A stretch of 64,000 nucleotides of DNA, taken from NCBI GenBank assembly GCA_024235675.1, contig JACKLZ010000001.1, forward strand, positions 547,256 through 611,255. The letters run 5' to 3'. A model generated the notes under the pieces. That model had not been told where the DNA came from. It saw only the letters and a program-made list of their open reading frames with translations, and did no database searches. The position numbers were made by a program, and so were the translations under genes. The stretch is from Zoogloeaceae bacterium (GTDB lineage: Bacteria > Pseudomonadota > Gammaproteobacteria > Burkholderiales > Rhodocyclaceae). Of the stretch, positions 54,051 through 64,000 are shown one piece after another (positions within the stretch are counted from its first letter, which is position 1; every line of letters begins with the position of its first letter).

Positions 54051-54192
54051 CGATTTCTCCTGATTCGGGCTGCCGGCATTGTACGCATTCGCCACTGTCT
54101 GTCGGCATCTGTGCGGAAATCCTCACCCGGTCAGCTTGACTGCATTCTAATTGCATTAAAATGGCGAGCACTGTCGATAAGCCCCGTATATC

Positions 54193-55533
54193 ATGACGCG
54201 ATACAAACTCGTTTTTTCAGGCGACATTCTGCCCGGCCACGACCCTGAGGTCGTCAAAGCTCAATTGGCCGCAATGCTGAAAGTCACGCCCGAGCAGACA
54301 CCCCGCCTGTTTTCCGGCAAGCGCGTCACGCTCCGGAAGGATCTGGACGCTGACAAGGCGCAAGCCTATCGCCGAAAGCTCTCTGCCATGGGCATTGGCA
54401 TCCGGGTCGAGGCCGATCTCCCCGAACCGGTGGTCGAACCATCACCTGATCCTGCGCCAGCAACAAAGTCGCCTGTCGCCGAACACCCGACACCGCCTCC
54501 TTCATCGCAGGCGCCGGCAACCGTGCTGGATCTGGTGCCGACCAACGACACGCCCGCCGGTGACATGGACTGTCCCGAATGCGGCCATCGCCAGCCGCGG
54601 CGCACACTCTGCCTGAATTGCGGTTGCGATATGCCGCGCGTGCTGGCGGCCCGTGAGCATCAGGCGCACGAAACACAAGCCGGCGTGTCGACCGTCCAGC
54701 ACAGCTCCCTGCGGGTTCATACCGGTAACGCCTCCTTGGCCGACACCGAAGCGACGCGTCTGTTTGGTACCGATTTCGGCGGGCGTATCGGCCGGCGCTC
54801 TTACCTTGCCGGCAGCATGCTCCTGACCAGCCTGCTGCTATGGATCACGATCATCGGCATTCGCATGGAGAGTCTGTTGATCCTGGGCTTGTGTGCGGTG
54901 ATCGCCGTGTTCTTCGGCGCGCGCCTGAGCATTTTGCGCTGCCACGATTTCGACTGGCGTGGCTGGTGGGTGCTGATTACCGCGATTCCCTACGTTGGTG
55001 GTCTGTTCAGTCTGTTGCTGATGTTCTTGCCCGGCAGCAAGGACGAAAACAACTTTGGCGCCCGGCCGACACCCACAAGCTGGATCGCCACCATCGGCTC
55101 AATGGTGTTTGTCGTCGCGTCGTTCAGTATCGCTTTCAATTTCTTCGCGAAGGACATCCTCGACACAGCAACGCGCTACAACAACACATCCAGCTTCACA
55201 GGCGACGCGGCGACCGGCGGAATGCAAATGGCGGGCTTGCGCAACTACGACCCCGAGCGCGACCGGATCACCATGTATTCGCTCACCACTTGCGGCTATT
55301 GCGACAAGAAGCGCGCGCTGTTTGACGACCTCGGCGTACGCTACCACGAAGTCTTCATCGACACCGATGCCTCGGCGCAACGGCTGATGTGGTCCAAGCT
55401 GCGCGCCAGCGGCTGGCGCGATGGGGGTGTGGGCACACCGACGCTTGAGGTCAATGGCGTGATGCTGCCGAACAACCCCTCGCTGGAACAGATGAGCGAG
55501 CATTTTTACGGGCGTCGCCGGCAGGCGAGCTGA
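54193..55533 (+). CDS. Multidomain membrane protein: N-terminal domain, Zn ribbon, DUF805-like TM region and glutaredoxin-like domain
   Basis: YKLVFSG start, CPECGHRQ...CLNCG, GRIGRRSY...RCHDF.W.GWW TM block and MYSLTTCGYC...GTPTLEVNG. Confidence 0.8.
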   Translation: MTRYKLVFSGDILPGHDPEVVKAQLAAMLKVTPEQTPRLFSGKRVTLRKDLDADKAQAYRRKLSAMGIGIRVEADLPEPVVEPSPDPAPATKSPVAEHPTPPPSSQAPATVLDLVPTNDTPAGDMDCPECGHRQPRRTLCLNCGCDMPRVLAAREHQAHETQAGVSTVQHSSLRVHTGNASLADTEATRLFGTDFGGRIGRRSYLAGSMLLTSLLLWITIIGIRMESLLILGLCAVIAVFFGARLSILRCHDFDWRGWWVLITAIPYVGGLFSLLLMFLPGSKDENNFGARPTPTSWIATIGSMVFVVASFSIAFNFFAKDILDTATRYNNTSSFTGDAATGGMQMAGLRNYDPERDRITMYSLTTCGYCDKKRALFDDLGVRYHEVFIDTDASAQRLMWSKLRASGWRDGGVGTPTLEVNGVMLPNNPSLEQMSEHFYGRRRQAS

Positions 55534-55540
55534 GTACGGT

Positions 55541-56476
55541 TCAGATCTCCGCCATCAACCATTGCCGAAACTGCGCAATCGCGGGTCGATCGGCCGTTGT
55601 TTCCGGCGAGACCAGGTAGTAGGCGTAGCGCGACGGAATGGCCAGGTCAAATGGGCGGGCCAGGCGCCCTGCGTCGATGTCCCGCTGCACCATCGGATAG
55701 AGTCCGAGCATTACGCCAAAGCCGTCCATGGCCGCTTCTAGCGCGAGGCTCGAATTCGAAAAATGCGGCCCGCGACTCGGGTCGACGCCGCTCACTTTCG
55801 CTGCCCGCAACCAGTCCTGCCAACTGACCCGCTCGGAGCGCCCCGCCGCCGTATCGTCATGCAGCAGGGTGTGAAAGCTCAGGTCCGACGCCTTCTTGAG
55901 GCGACGCTTGCCTTTGAGCAGATCGGGGTGGCACACCGGCACATAGGACACCTCCATCACCAGATCCGTCCGCATGCCCGGATAGGCGCCTCGGCCAAAC
56001 CGGATCTCCACGTCAATGTCACCCTCGCGCAGGGCGACCAGATCCGACTCCACGCCTTCGAGATCGGGGGCGTCGACCGTAGTGGCCTCGGTGCCGAGTA
56101 CCAGATCAATATCAGGATGGGCTTCGGTGAAGCGTTGCATGCGATGCACCAGCCAGCGCACGGCAAAAGCCGGTGGAACGGTGATCCGTAAATTCCGTGA
56201 TGGGGATTGCAACACCACCTTTTCAACCGCCGCCGCCAGCTGGGCCAGCCCTTCACTCACCTGTGGCAGCATGCGCTCGCCGGCCTCGGTCAGCGCCAGC
56301 GCGCGGGTCAGGCGGTAAAAAAGCGGCACGCCGAGATGCGCCTCCAGTGCCTTGATCTGCTGACTGACGGCGGCAGGCGTCACATGCAACTCTTCGGCCG
56401 CCTGCTTGAAGCTCAGATGCCGGGCCGCTGTTTCGAAAACGCGCAGCGATTGGAGCGGTGGCATGGATCGGGACAT
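55541..56476 (-). CDS. LysR-type regulator, GcvA subfamily
   Basis: PPLQSLRVFETAARHLSFKQAAEELHVTPAAVSQQIK HTH, WLVHRM..F and GPHFSN motifs. Confidence 0.93.
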   Translation of the reverse strand: MSRSMPPLQSLRVFETAARHLSFKQAAEELHVTPAAVSQQIKALEAHLGVPLFYRLTRALALTEAGERMLPQVSEGLAQLAAAVEKVVLQSPSRNLRITVPPAFAVRWLVHRMQRFTEAHPDIDLVLGTEATTVDAPDLEGVESDLVALREGDIDVEIRFGRGAYPGMRTDLVMEVSYVPVCHPDLLKGKRRLKKASDLSFHTLLHDDTAAGRSERVSWQDWLRAAKVSGVDPSRGPHFSNSSLALEAAMDGFGVMLGLYPMVQRDIDAGRLARPFDLAIPSRYAYYLVSPETTADRPAIAQFRQWLMAEI

Positions 56477-56483
56477 GGCTACA

Positions 56484-56500
56484 GTTTAGACAAACTTAAC
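56484..56500. promoter_or_regulatory. LysR T-N11-A recognition site
   Basis: GTTTAG-ACAAA-CTTAAC imperfect palindrome 8 bp upstream of the LysR ATG in the divergent intergenic region. Confidence 0.6.
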
Positions 56501-56606
56501 CGTCACATCACAAACAATCGTTTGTTGCACTGCACAACGCTGCGTAGAGTACGTTTCATCGTCTGCAACCGACACAGAACGGAAGACGCAACTGGAGCAG
56601 CAAAAA

Positions 56607-56792
56607 ATGAAACGCACCGCCAACCCCGGCAGTTCGAGCAGCAACAAGATCACTTCACAGCAGTACATCGCGATGGCTCACGAACTGCGCAGCGCAAGCT
56701 TCGCAAAATACATCGACGTCACCGTCAGCCGCATCAGCGGTCGCATCGCCCGCGCCGTCCAGTGGCTGAACAGCCACCCGGCGTTTTCCTGA
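56607..56792 (+). CDS. 61-aa small protein divergent from the GcvA-like LysR
   Basis: GGAG RBS; the basic amphipathic helix AHELRSASFAKYI resembles RSP_7527/DUF1127-type small proteins. Confidence 0.6.
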   Translation: MKRTANPGSSSSNKITSQQYIAMAHELRSASFAKYIDVTVSRISGRIARAVQWLNSHPAFS

Positions 56793-56808
56793 TCCTGCGC
56801 GCAGCGAC

Positions 56809-57942
56809 TCAGTCGCTCAGCAGATCGCGCAATACCGGTTGCAGCATGGCGGCGCCAAGCCGCTTGCTGCGCTCGCCGTTCCAGCCGACCCGGGCATCAG
56901 GCAGCAAACGGTTGTCCTTGAACGGCATTTCGAGCGTGAGCGACAAACAGCCGAACCGATGCGCAACCCATTTGCTGGCCAGGGTCAGCATCTCCTCGCC
57001 AAAGCGGTCAGGCGTGTAGCCAACGTCGGTCTGGAAGTCCGGACTCGCCTCGGCCAGCGCCGACAAAAACACCGCTTGGCGCGCCGCCATGTTTTGCGGC
57101 ACGCCGGGCACCATCTGCGATCCATCAATAAAGACGTAAGGTAGCGACTCATCCCCGTGAATATCGAGGAAAAGCGCGCAGCCGGTCGCCTCCATGTGCT
57201 CGCGCACGCATAGCACTTCGGGGCTGCGTGCGGCCGTGGGTGCCATCCATTCGCGGTTGAGGTTCGCCCCCGCGGCATTGGTACGCAGATTGCCGCGCGC
57301 CGCACCGTCCGGATTCATGTTCGGCACGACATACAGACAAGCACGCTCACGCAGCCTGCGCGCCAGCGGATCGGCGCCGTCGAGCAATCGCGTCAGCAAG
57401 CCCTCGACAAACCATTCAGCCATGGTCTCGCCAGGATGCTGCCGGGCGATGATCCAGACCGGCTTGCGCTCGGGCAAGGGCTCACCGACGACCACACAAT
57501 CGACGCTTCGGCCATCCACCGTCGCCCCAAGGGTTTGCACTCGCGCATGCGGCGACATCTGTGCCTGCCCAAGCAAATCGAGATGGCGATCGTGCGAATA
57601 CGGCTCGAAGTAAGCGTAGTAGATATTGCTGTGCTCGGGCGTGTGCTCGATGATCAGGCGACCGTTCTCAAAGCGCGTGCCCGGTACCCGAAACCACTCA
57701 CGGCGATCGTAAGACGCCACCGCGTGGTAGTCCGGCCAACCGTCGGGATACGCCGCTTCGGCGGTGTTTTCGAACACCATGCGCAGCGGCACGCCGGCCA
57801 CGTCATGGACCCGAAAGTGAAACCACTGGCAGAAACTCGCCGCGTTGTCCGGGCGCAAGCGCAAGCGGATCGCCGCCGGCGACTCGGCGCTCACCACCTC
57901 AATGCTGCCGCTATCGAAACCCTGGCTAATGTGTACGGCCAC
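56809..57942 (-). CDS. M14 zinc carboxypeptidase (cytosolic carboxypeptidase-like)
   Basis: GGAG RBS plus GTG; FDSGSI, QWFHF, ARQHPGETMAE (HxxE), PNMNPDG...G..R, NLNREW and DIHGDE motifs. Confidence 0.92.
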   Translation of the reverse strand: MAVHISQGFDSGSIEVVSAESPAAIRLRLRPDNAASFCQWFHFRVHDVAGVPLRMVFENTAEAAYPDGWPDYHAVASYDRREWFRVPGTRFENGRLIIEHTPEHSNIYYAYFEPYSHDRHLDLLGQAQMSPHARVQTLGATVDGRSVDCVVVGEPLPERKPVWIIARQHPGETMAEWFVEGLLTRLLDGADPLARRLRERACLYVVPNMNPDGAARGNLRTNAAGANLNREWMAPTAARSPEVLCVREHMEATGCALFLDIHGDESLPYVFIDGSQMVPGVPQNMAARQAVFLSALAEASPDFQTDVGYTPDRFGEEMLTLASKWVAHRFGCLSLTLEMPFKDNRLLPDARVGWNGERSKRLGAAMLQPVLRDLLSD

Positions 57943-57962
57943 GTCCTGTCTCCCGCCGATTA

Positions 57963-58745
57963 TCAGAACACGCCGTCCTGGCGGCGCCGGAACACCCATC
58001 GATCCGCATCCGATGCGGCGGCGTCAAACGCATAACCATCCGTATCAAACCGCTTGAGCCCATCCACATCGCTCAAGCAATGATCGATCGCGTAACGCAC
58101 CATCAAACCCCGCGCCCGCTTGGCGTGAAAACTGATGATCTTGTAGCGCCCGCCCTTCCAGTCTTCGAACACCGGTGTCACCAACCGCCCCTTGAGCGCG
58201 GCGGGTCGGATCACCTTGAAGTACTCCTCCGAAGCCAGGTTCACCAACACAGCATCCGTCGACTTCTTGAGTAGCGCGTTGATCGCCTCCGTCGGTCGAT
58301 CCCCCCAGAATTCATAGAGGTTCTTGCCGGCGGGCGTTTTCAAGCGCGTACCCATCTCCAGGCGATAAGCCTGCATCAGGTCCAGCGGCCGCAGCACACC
58401 ATACAGCCCGGACAGGATCCGCAAATGCTGCTGCGCATAGGCCACGCCGTCCGCGTCCAGCGTGGCCGCGTCGAGTCCGTCATAGACGTCGCCATTGAAG
58501 GCAAAGACGCAGGGTTTGGCATTCCTGGCGTTGAACGGGCGTGACCATTGTGCAAACCGGGCGACGTTCAGCGCGGCCAGCTTGTCCGAGATGTGCATCA
58601 ATTCACCGAGTGCGGCAGGCGTGAAATCACGCATTACCCCGACCAGTGATTGCGCCGCATCAAGGAACTCGGGCTGAGTCGGCTTGCAAGGTGGAGCGGG
58701 CGTGTCGTAGTCCAGCGATTTGGCAGGTGAAATAACGAAATACAT
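57963..58745 (-). CDS. yaaA: Peroxide-stress protein YaaA
   Basis: ISPAKSLD, F.GDVY.GL, LSGLYGVLRPLD...YRLEMG, NLASEEY and AKRARG motifs. Confidence 0.96.
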   Translation of the reverse strand: MYFVISPAKSLDYDTPAPPCKPTQPEFLDAAQSLVGVMRDFTPAALGELMHISDKLAALNVARFAQWSRPFNARNAKPCVFAFNGDVYDGLDAATLDADGVAYAQQHLRILSGLYGVLRPLDLMQAYRLEMGTRLKTPAGKNLYEFWGDRPTEAINALLKKSTDAVLVNLASEEYFKVIRPAALKGRLVTPVFEDWKGGRYKIISFHAKRARGLMVRYAIDHCLSDVDGLKRFDTDGYAFDAAASDADRWVFRRRQDGVF

Positions 58746-58902
58746 GGTGTGCCTGTCGTACTTTTGAAGCGCTCATGGTAGCAAAAGCCCCGGCTCACGC
58801 GCTGTCCGCCGGCGCACTGGCGCAGCCACCCCGAAACCCGGTTTGACAGCGCCCCGGCGATTTCAGAGTATTGAGCGATTCCGCAGCTTCCGGCTCATCT
58901 CC

Positions 58903-60225
58903 ATGACGCAATCCCGCCTGCTTGACCGTTCACGCCGTGCCGTGTGGCACCCCTGCACCCAGATGAAGAGCCACGAGTCCCTGCCGCTGGTGCCGATCAC
59001 CCGCGGTGAAGGCGTGTGGTTGTACGACGACACCGGCCGGCGCTTTCTCGACGGTGTCAGCGCCTGGTGGGTGAACCTCTTCGGCCACTGTAACCCGCGT
59101 ATCAATGACGCAATCAGCGAGCAGCTCGAAACCCTCGAACATGTGATGCTTGCCGGCTTTACCCACGCACCGGTGGTCGAGCTCTCCGAGCGGCTCTCGG
59201 CGCTGACGGGCCATCAGCTCGGCCATGCCTTCTACGCATCCGACGGCGCCTCGGCGACCGAGATTGCGCTCAAGATGAGCATGCACGCCTGGCGCAATCA
59301 GGGCGAGGTTGGCAAGGACCGCTTCATCAGCCTCGCCGGCAGCTATCACGGCGAAACCGTGGGCGCGCTGGCGGTGACCGATGTCGCCCTCTTCCGCGAC
59401 GCCTACGCCCCGCTGGTGCGCGCCGGCACCGTGGTGCCCAGCCCCGACGCCCGCCAGGCCGAGCCCGGCGAGACGGATGAAGACGTGGCCGAGCGCGCCG
59501 CACTCGCGCTGGAACACTATCTCGCCGAGCACCACGACGAAATCGCCGCGCTGATCGTCGAGCCGCTGGTGCAAGGCGCCGTCGGCATGGCCATGTACCA
59601 CCCGCACTACCTGCGCCGCGCGCGCGAGTTGTGCGACACCTACCGGGTACACCTCATCGCCGACGAAATCGCCGTCGGCTGTGGTCGCACCGGCAGCTTC
59701 TTCGCCTGCGAACAGGCGGGCATCTGGCCGGACATGATGTGCCTCTCGAAGGGCATTTCGGGCGGCTATCTGCCACTGTCGCTGGTGCTCAGCACCGACG
59801 CCATCTACGACTGCTTTTACGACGATGATGTGCATCGCGGCTTCTTGCACTCGCACTCCTATACCGGCAACCCGCTGGCTTGCCGCGCCGCACTGGCCAC
59901 GCTCGACATCTTCAAGACTGACGACGTCATCAACGCCAACAAGACCCGCGCCAAGCTGCTCGGCGACGCCACGCGTGAGGCCTTCGGCGCGCTCCCGGCG
60001 GTGCGTCACCTGCGCCAGCGCGGCATGATCATCGCGTTTGATGTCGATACCGCCGAGCGCGACTTCAGCCAGCGCTTCTTCGCCGCCGGCCTCGATCAGG
60101 GCGTCTTGCTGCGCCCGATCGGCAACACGGTGTACTTCATGCCGCCCTACATCGTCGAGGCCGACGACATCGCACACCTGGTTGGCGGCGCCGCCGCGGC
60201 GCTGAAGCACTGCATCGGCGGATGA
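58903..60225 (+). CDS. bioA: Adenosylmethionine-8-amino-7-oxononanoate aminotransferase
   Basis: [37 protein letters not shown] and [12 protein letters not shown] motifs. Confidence 0.97.
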   Translation: MTQSRLLDRSRRAVWHPCTQMKSHESLPLVPITRGEGVWLYDDTGRRFLDGVSAWWVNLFGHCNPRINDAISEQLETLEHVMLAGFTHAPVVELSERLSALTGHQLGHAFYASDGASATEIALKMSMHAWRNQGEVGKDRFISLAGSYHGETVGALAVTDVALFRDAYAPLVRAGTVVPSPDARQAEPGETDEDVAERAALALEHYLAEHHDEIAALIVEPLVQGAVGMAMYHPHYLRRARELCDTYRVHLIADEIAVGCGRTGSFFACEQAGIWPDMMCLSKGISGGYLPLSLVLSTDAIYDCFYDDDVHRGFLHSHSYTGNPLACRAALATLDIFKTDDVINANKTRAKLLGDATREAFGALPAVRHLRQRGMIIAFDVDTAERDFSQRFFAAGLDQGVLLRPIGNTVYFMPPYIVEADDIAHLVGGAAAALKHCIGG

Positions 60226-61391
60226 CGATGAATATTCTGGCGCATCTGCGCGGTGAACTGGCCGAGCGCGACTCGCGCGCACTCATCCGCCGCCGTCGCA
60301 CGCTCGACACGCCCTGCGGCTCCCACGCGGTCGTCGATGGCCGCGAGATGCTGTCTTTTTGCAGCAACGACTATCTTGGCCTCGCGGCGCACCCCGCGCT
60401 GGCCGCCGCCATTGCCGAGGGCGCGGCACGCTGGGGCGGCGGCTCAGGTGCATCCCACCTGGTCAGCGGTCACTACACGGTGCACGAGCGCCTCGAAGCC
60501 CGGCTGGCCGAGTTCACCGGTTGCGAACGTGCGCTGGCGTTTTCGACCGGCTACATGGTCAACATGGGCGTGGCCGCGGCGCTGGTCGGCCGTGGCGACG
60601 CGATCTTTGCCGATCGCCTCAACCACGCATCCTTGGTCGACGGCGCCCTGCTCAGCCGCGCTGAGCACCACCGCTACGCACATGGCGACACCGAGGCCCT
60701 GGCGCGCCTGCTTGCCAACAGCACCGCCCGCCGCAAACTGATCGTCACCGACAGCGTATTCAGCATGGATGGTGATATCGCGCCATTGGCCGCGCTGCTT
60801 GCCCTGGCTGAGGCGCACGACGCCTGGCTGCTGGTCGACGACGCGCACGGCTTTGGTGTGCTGGGCCCGCAAGGCCGTGGCGCCCTGGCCGCCGCCGGTC
60901 TGGCGCACTGGCGTTTGCTGATGGTGGGCACGCTGGGCAAGGCTGCGGGCCTGTCGGGCGCCTTCGTGGCGGGTCACGCCGATGTGATCGAGTGGTTGAT
61001 GCAGACCATGCGCACCTACATCTTCACCACCGGCTCTCCCCCCGCGCTGGCCCATGCGCTGCTCACCGCCATCGACCTGATCGAACACGGCGACACGCTG
61101 CGGGCCCGCCTTGCCGCGCTTCAACAACAACTGCACGACACCCTGCCCCTGCGCCGCTGGCAGCTGATGCCCTCATCCACCCCCATCCAACCCATCAAAA
61201 TCGGCGATAATGCCGTCGCGCTTGCCGCCGCCACGGCGTTGTGGGATGCAGGCCTGTGGGTGCCGGCCATCCGCCCGCCGACCGTTCCGCAAGGCACGGC
61301 GCGGCTACGCGTCTCGCTGAGCGCAGCCCACACACACGACGACATCACCCGACTGACCGACAACCTCCTCAGGATCGAAGCCTTGCAATGA
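60222..61391 (+). CDS. bioF: 8-amino-7-oxononanoate synthase
   Basis: [38 protein letters not shown] and AIRPPTVP motifs. Confidence 0.97.
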   Translation: MTMNILAHLRGELAERDSRALIRRRRTLDTPCGSHAVVDGREMLSFCSNDYLGLAAHPALAAAIAEGAARWGGGSGASHLVSGHYTVHERLEARLAEFTGCERALAFSTGYMVNMGVAAALVGRGDAIFADRLNHASLVDGALLSRAEHHRYAHGDTEALARLLANSTARRKLIVTDSVFSMDGDIAPLAALLALAEAHDAWLLVDDAHGFGVLGPQGRGALAAAGLAHWRLLMVGTLGKAAGLSGAFVAGHADVIEWLMQTMRTYIFTTGSPPALAHALLTAIDLIEHGDTLRARLAALQQQLHDTLPLRRWQLMPSSTPIQPIKIGDNAVALAAATALWDAGLWVPAIRPPTVPQGTARLRVSLSAAHTHDDITRLTDNLLRIEALQ

Positions 61392-62131
61392 GTCGCCCGC
61401 CCCTTGTACTGCTCCACGGCTGGGGCTTGAGCCCCTCGGTGTGGCAGCCGCTTCGCGCGCAACTCGATCCCGACTGGCCGTGTTTCACGCCGGCGCTGCC
61501 CGGTCACACGGACGCGGCGCCGGCGCCGGACAAGGCCACGCTCACCGCGTGGACGGACGCGCTCGTCGCTGCGCTGCCCGATGGCGCACTGGTCTGCGGC
61601 TGGTCGCTGGGTGCGCTGCTTGCGCTGGATCTGGCCCGTCGCCACCCCGCCAAGGTCGAACGCATCGCCCTGGTCGGCGCCAGCCCCTGCTTTGTGCAAC
61701 GGCCCGATTGGCCCGCCGCGCTGTACGCCGAGGTGGTCGATGGTTTTTGCACCGACTTCGCCGCCGAGCCCGACAAGACCCAGCGCCGCTTCGTGGCTCT
61801 GCAGGCGCTGGGCGATGCTGCACGACGCGAGGTGACGCGGCAGCTCAATGCCGCACTGGTGTCCGTCACGCCCGAAAACGCCTCCCGCCTCGCCGATGGC
61901 CTGGCCATTCTGGCGCACACCGATCTGCGTGAATCGCTCGCCGAGATTCGCTGCCCGGCACGCTTGCTCCATGGCGCCAACGACGCACTGATGCCCGCCG
62001 AGGCGGCACGCCTGATGGCCGAAGCGCTGCCCGACGCGCGCTACTCCGAATTTTCCGACGCGGGCCACGCGCCCTTTGTGTCGCGTGCGGCTGACTGCGC
62101 CTGCCTGCTCGACCGCTTCGCCAATGACTGA
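61388..62131 (+). CDS. bioH: Pimeloyl-ACP methyl ester esterase
   Basis: [13 protein letters not shown] nucleophile elbow, G.ND and AGHAPF motifs. Confidence 0.92.
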   Translation: MSRPPLVLLHGWGLSPSVWQPLRAQLDPDWPCFTPALPGHTDAAPAPDKATLTAWTDALVAALPDGALVCGWSLGALLALDLARRHPAKVERIALVGASPCFVQRPDWPAALYAEVVDGFCTDFAAEPDKTQRRFVALQALGDAARREVTRQLNAALVSVTPENASRLADGLAILAHTDLRESLAEIRCPARLLHGANDALMPAEAARLMAEALPDARYSEFSDAGHAPFVSRAADCACLLDRFAND

Positions 62132-62909
62132 GCGCAAGCGCTACGTCCGCGCGGCATTTGACCGCGCTGCGCCCACCTACGACGCTGCCGCCGCGGTGCA
62201 GCGTGAGATCTGCGCCCAATTGCTAGCGCTCGCCAAAGCCCATCCGCCTCAAGGCCCGGTCGACTACCTGCTCGATGCGGGCTGCGGCACGGGCACGGGG
62301 GCGCTTGAGCTGATGGAATGGCTGAAACCCGTCAATACGCTCGCGCTCGATTTCGCGCCCGGCATGCTCGCGCGCCATCCCGGTGACGCTCGCCAACACC
62401 GGGTGTGTGGCGATCTCGAATCGCTACCTTTCGCAAACGGTTCGGTCGACGTCGTCTGGTCCAGCCTCGCCGTGCAGTGGTGCAATCCGGGCCGTGCGAT
62501 GGCGGAGCTTGGCCGCGTCCTCAAACCGGGCGGCCTGGCCTGGATCACCACGCTAGGGCCAGACACTTTGTGGGAGCTGCGCGACGCCTTTCGCGGCATC
62601 GATGACGCCGAACACGTCATCGGTTTCCACAGCGCGGATACCTGGCAACAGTCCGCCATACAAGCCGGTTTTCAGATCAGATCAACACATCAGTCACCCA
62701 CGGCGGCGACGGCTGACAGCCTCCGGCAGTTATTGAAAGACATCAAAGCCATTGGCGCGCATCAGGTCGGCAGCGGTCGCCGACGCAAGCCGCTGGGCAA
62801 GTCTGCATGGCAGCAACTGGAGCGCACCTACGAACAGCACCGTCGTGCAGACGCGCGATTGCCGGCGACCTATGATGTGATTGTGCTCGCGCTGCAAAGG
62901 ATTGCCTGA
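62124..62909 (+). CDS. bioC: Malonyl-ACP O-methyltransferase
   Basis: [28 protein letters not shown] and TLGP.TL.ELR motifs. Confidence 0.94.
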   Translation: MTERKRYVRAAFDRAAPTYDAAAAVQREICAQLLALAKAHPPQGPVDYLLDAGCGTGTGALELMEWLKPVNTLALDFAPGMLARHPGDARQHRVCGDLESLPFANGSVDVVWSSLAVQWCNPGRAMAELGRVLKPGGLAWITTLGPDTLWELRDAFRGIDDAEHVIGFHSADTWQQSAIQAGFQIRSTHQSPTAATADSLRQLLKDIKAIGAHQVGSGRRRKPLGKSAWQQLERTYEQHRRADARLPATYDVIVLALQRIA

Positions 62910-63586
62910 TGGCCACGGCCTATTTTATTGCCGGCACTGACACCGAAATCGGCAAAACCTTCATCACCTGCGCCCTGCTCCACACCGCCCGCCGCGCGGG
63001 CCTGAGCGCCATTGCCATGAAGCCGGTTGCCGCCGGGGCTGAGCGCGTGGGAGACGAATGGGTCAATGAAGACGCGGCGCAGTTGCGTGCGGCGGGCAGC
63101 TTCGACCCCGGTCTGGCTGAGCTCAACCCGATCTGTCTGCGTACCGCCGTCGCGCCGCACATTGCCGCGGCCGCTGAAGGCGCGCGGATCGAACCGAGCA
63201 AGATTCTCGACGCCTTTGGCCGGCTTTCAACCCAGGCCGACGTGGTGCTGGTCGAGGGCGTAGGCGGCTTTCGAGTGCCGCTGACCGACACCTTCGACAC
63301 GGCAGACCTGGCGGTTGCTCTGGGGCTGCCCATCATTCTGGTGGTGGGCATGCGTCTGGGCTGTATCAATCATGCCTTGCTGACGGCCGAGGCCATTGCT
63401 GCGCGCGGCTTGACCCTGGCCGGATGGGTCGCCAACCAGATCGATCCGGCCATGCAGCGGATCACCGAAAACCTCTACGCCTTGCAGCAGCATCTGGGCG
63501 CACCGTGCCTGGGCCATGTGCCTTTCCGCCGCGACGCCGACCCCGCCGCGGTGGCATCACTCGTGCTCCCCGCTGCTCCGCGGTGA
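62909..63586 (+). CDS. bioD: Dethiobiotin synthase
   Basis: [24 protein letters not shown] and [10 protein letters not shown] motifs. Confidence 0.96.
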   Translation: MATAYFIAGTDTEIGKTFITCALLHTARRAGLSAIAMKPVAAGAERVGDEWVNEDAAQLRAAGSFDPGLAELNPICLRTAVAPHIAAAAEGARIEPSKILDAFGRLSTQADVVLVEGVGGFRVPLTDTFDTADLAVALGLPIILVVGMRLGCINHALLTAEAIAARGLTLAGWVANQIDPAMQRITENLYALQQHLGAPCLGHVPFRRDADPAAVASLVLPAAPR

Positions 63587-63930
63587 CGGCCCGGTGCTGG
63601 GGAATCAACGCCAGAACCGTTGCGACGCAAAATAACGAAATGATTTTCCCAATTGATTGATCCCACGCGCTGATGCGCGCCGCAGCCCCCTCGTCCGGTA
63701 CGTGTCAGGCGTACGCGAGGCTGGGCTTCCGGCATGCGCGGAGAATGAATCACTCCGGACTGAAGGCCATCGACTACCGCGCCGAGCGTTACCGGGTGCG
63801 TGGAAAACGGCTGCATCTGTGACATCTCAGATCGGGTTGCCTGAACCTGCCCGGCATCAAGCTGATGGACGAAGCTCGCAACCCGCTCGCGGACGGTCAA
63901 TCGGGCCGAACGGCTGGCCCTCCAAGGCAC

Positions 63931-63999
63931 CTAAAGCACATTGAACAACTCCCGGTTCAGTTCATCGAGCCGGCGTTCAGCCATGCTCGATTCATGCAT
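63931..63999 (-). CDS. Probable C-terminal fragment of a gene entering from beyond the window (...MHESSMAERRLDELNRELFNVL*)
   Basis: Open minus-strand frame from the window edge to TAG at 63931-63933, with an amphipathic helical sequence; too short to identify. Confidence 0.35.
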   Translation of the reverse strand: MHESSMAERRLDELNRELFNVL

Positions 64000-64000
64000 G

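Noticed and set aside
54136-54162. TTGACT-N15-TAAAAT sigma-70-like promoter before the DUF805 fusion
   Set aside because: The hexamers are good but the 15-bp spacer is short; not reported as a feature without TSS data.
63745-64000. + frame with a single in-frame TGA (63820) continuing open to the window end, possibly selenocysteine readthrough
   Set aside because: No Sec-type context (no CxxU), no SECIS-like hairpin, a poorly spaced RBS, and the distal part mirrors the minus-strand frame.

Overview
GC-rich betaproteobacterial chromosome segment. A Rhodocyclales-like origin is inferred from gene content and order. It contains no rRNA, tRNA, CRISPR array, IS element or integrase. Housekeeping blocks are aacS (5'-truncated), pyrG-kdsA-eno-ftsB, dtd, rlmJ, phhB, metY, dadA, ettA, creA, slyX, yaaA and bioAFHCD. 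Three accessory blocks stand out. (1) A half type VI secretion cluster at 18.9-29.1 kb (TagY-like <- tagX-PAAR-hyp-tssM-tagF-OmpA/TagN -> <- tssA) lacks sheath, tube, spike, baseplate, TssJ/L and ClpV genes. (2) A glrK-qseG-glrR three-component operon at 32.0-35.4 kb is flanked on both sides by sigma-54 (-24/-12) promoters and by TGTC-N10-GACA-type enhancer pairs with identical 67-bp spacing. These appear to drive a BON-domain gene and a bactofilin gene rather than the enterobacterial GlmY sRNA. I consider this the best candidate for an undescribed system in the window. (3) A c-di-GMP cluster at 40.5-47.6 kb has two PAS-GGDEF-EAL proteins and an atypical REC-HD-GYP protein. Other items of interest are a candidate anti-Shine-Dalgarno sRNA, a probably nuclease-dead membrane-anchored Mrr-like protein, a Zn-ribbon/DUF805/glutaredoxin fusion and several small ORFs. 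All family assignments come from motif recognition by eye; no database search was run. Several starts were moved downstream of the ORF-track starts, based on RBS position or family N-termini.
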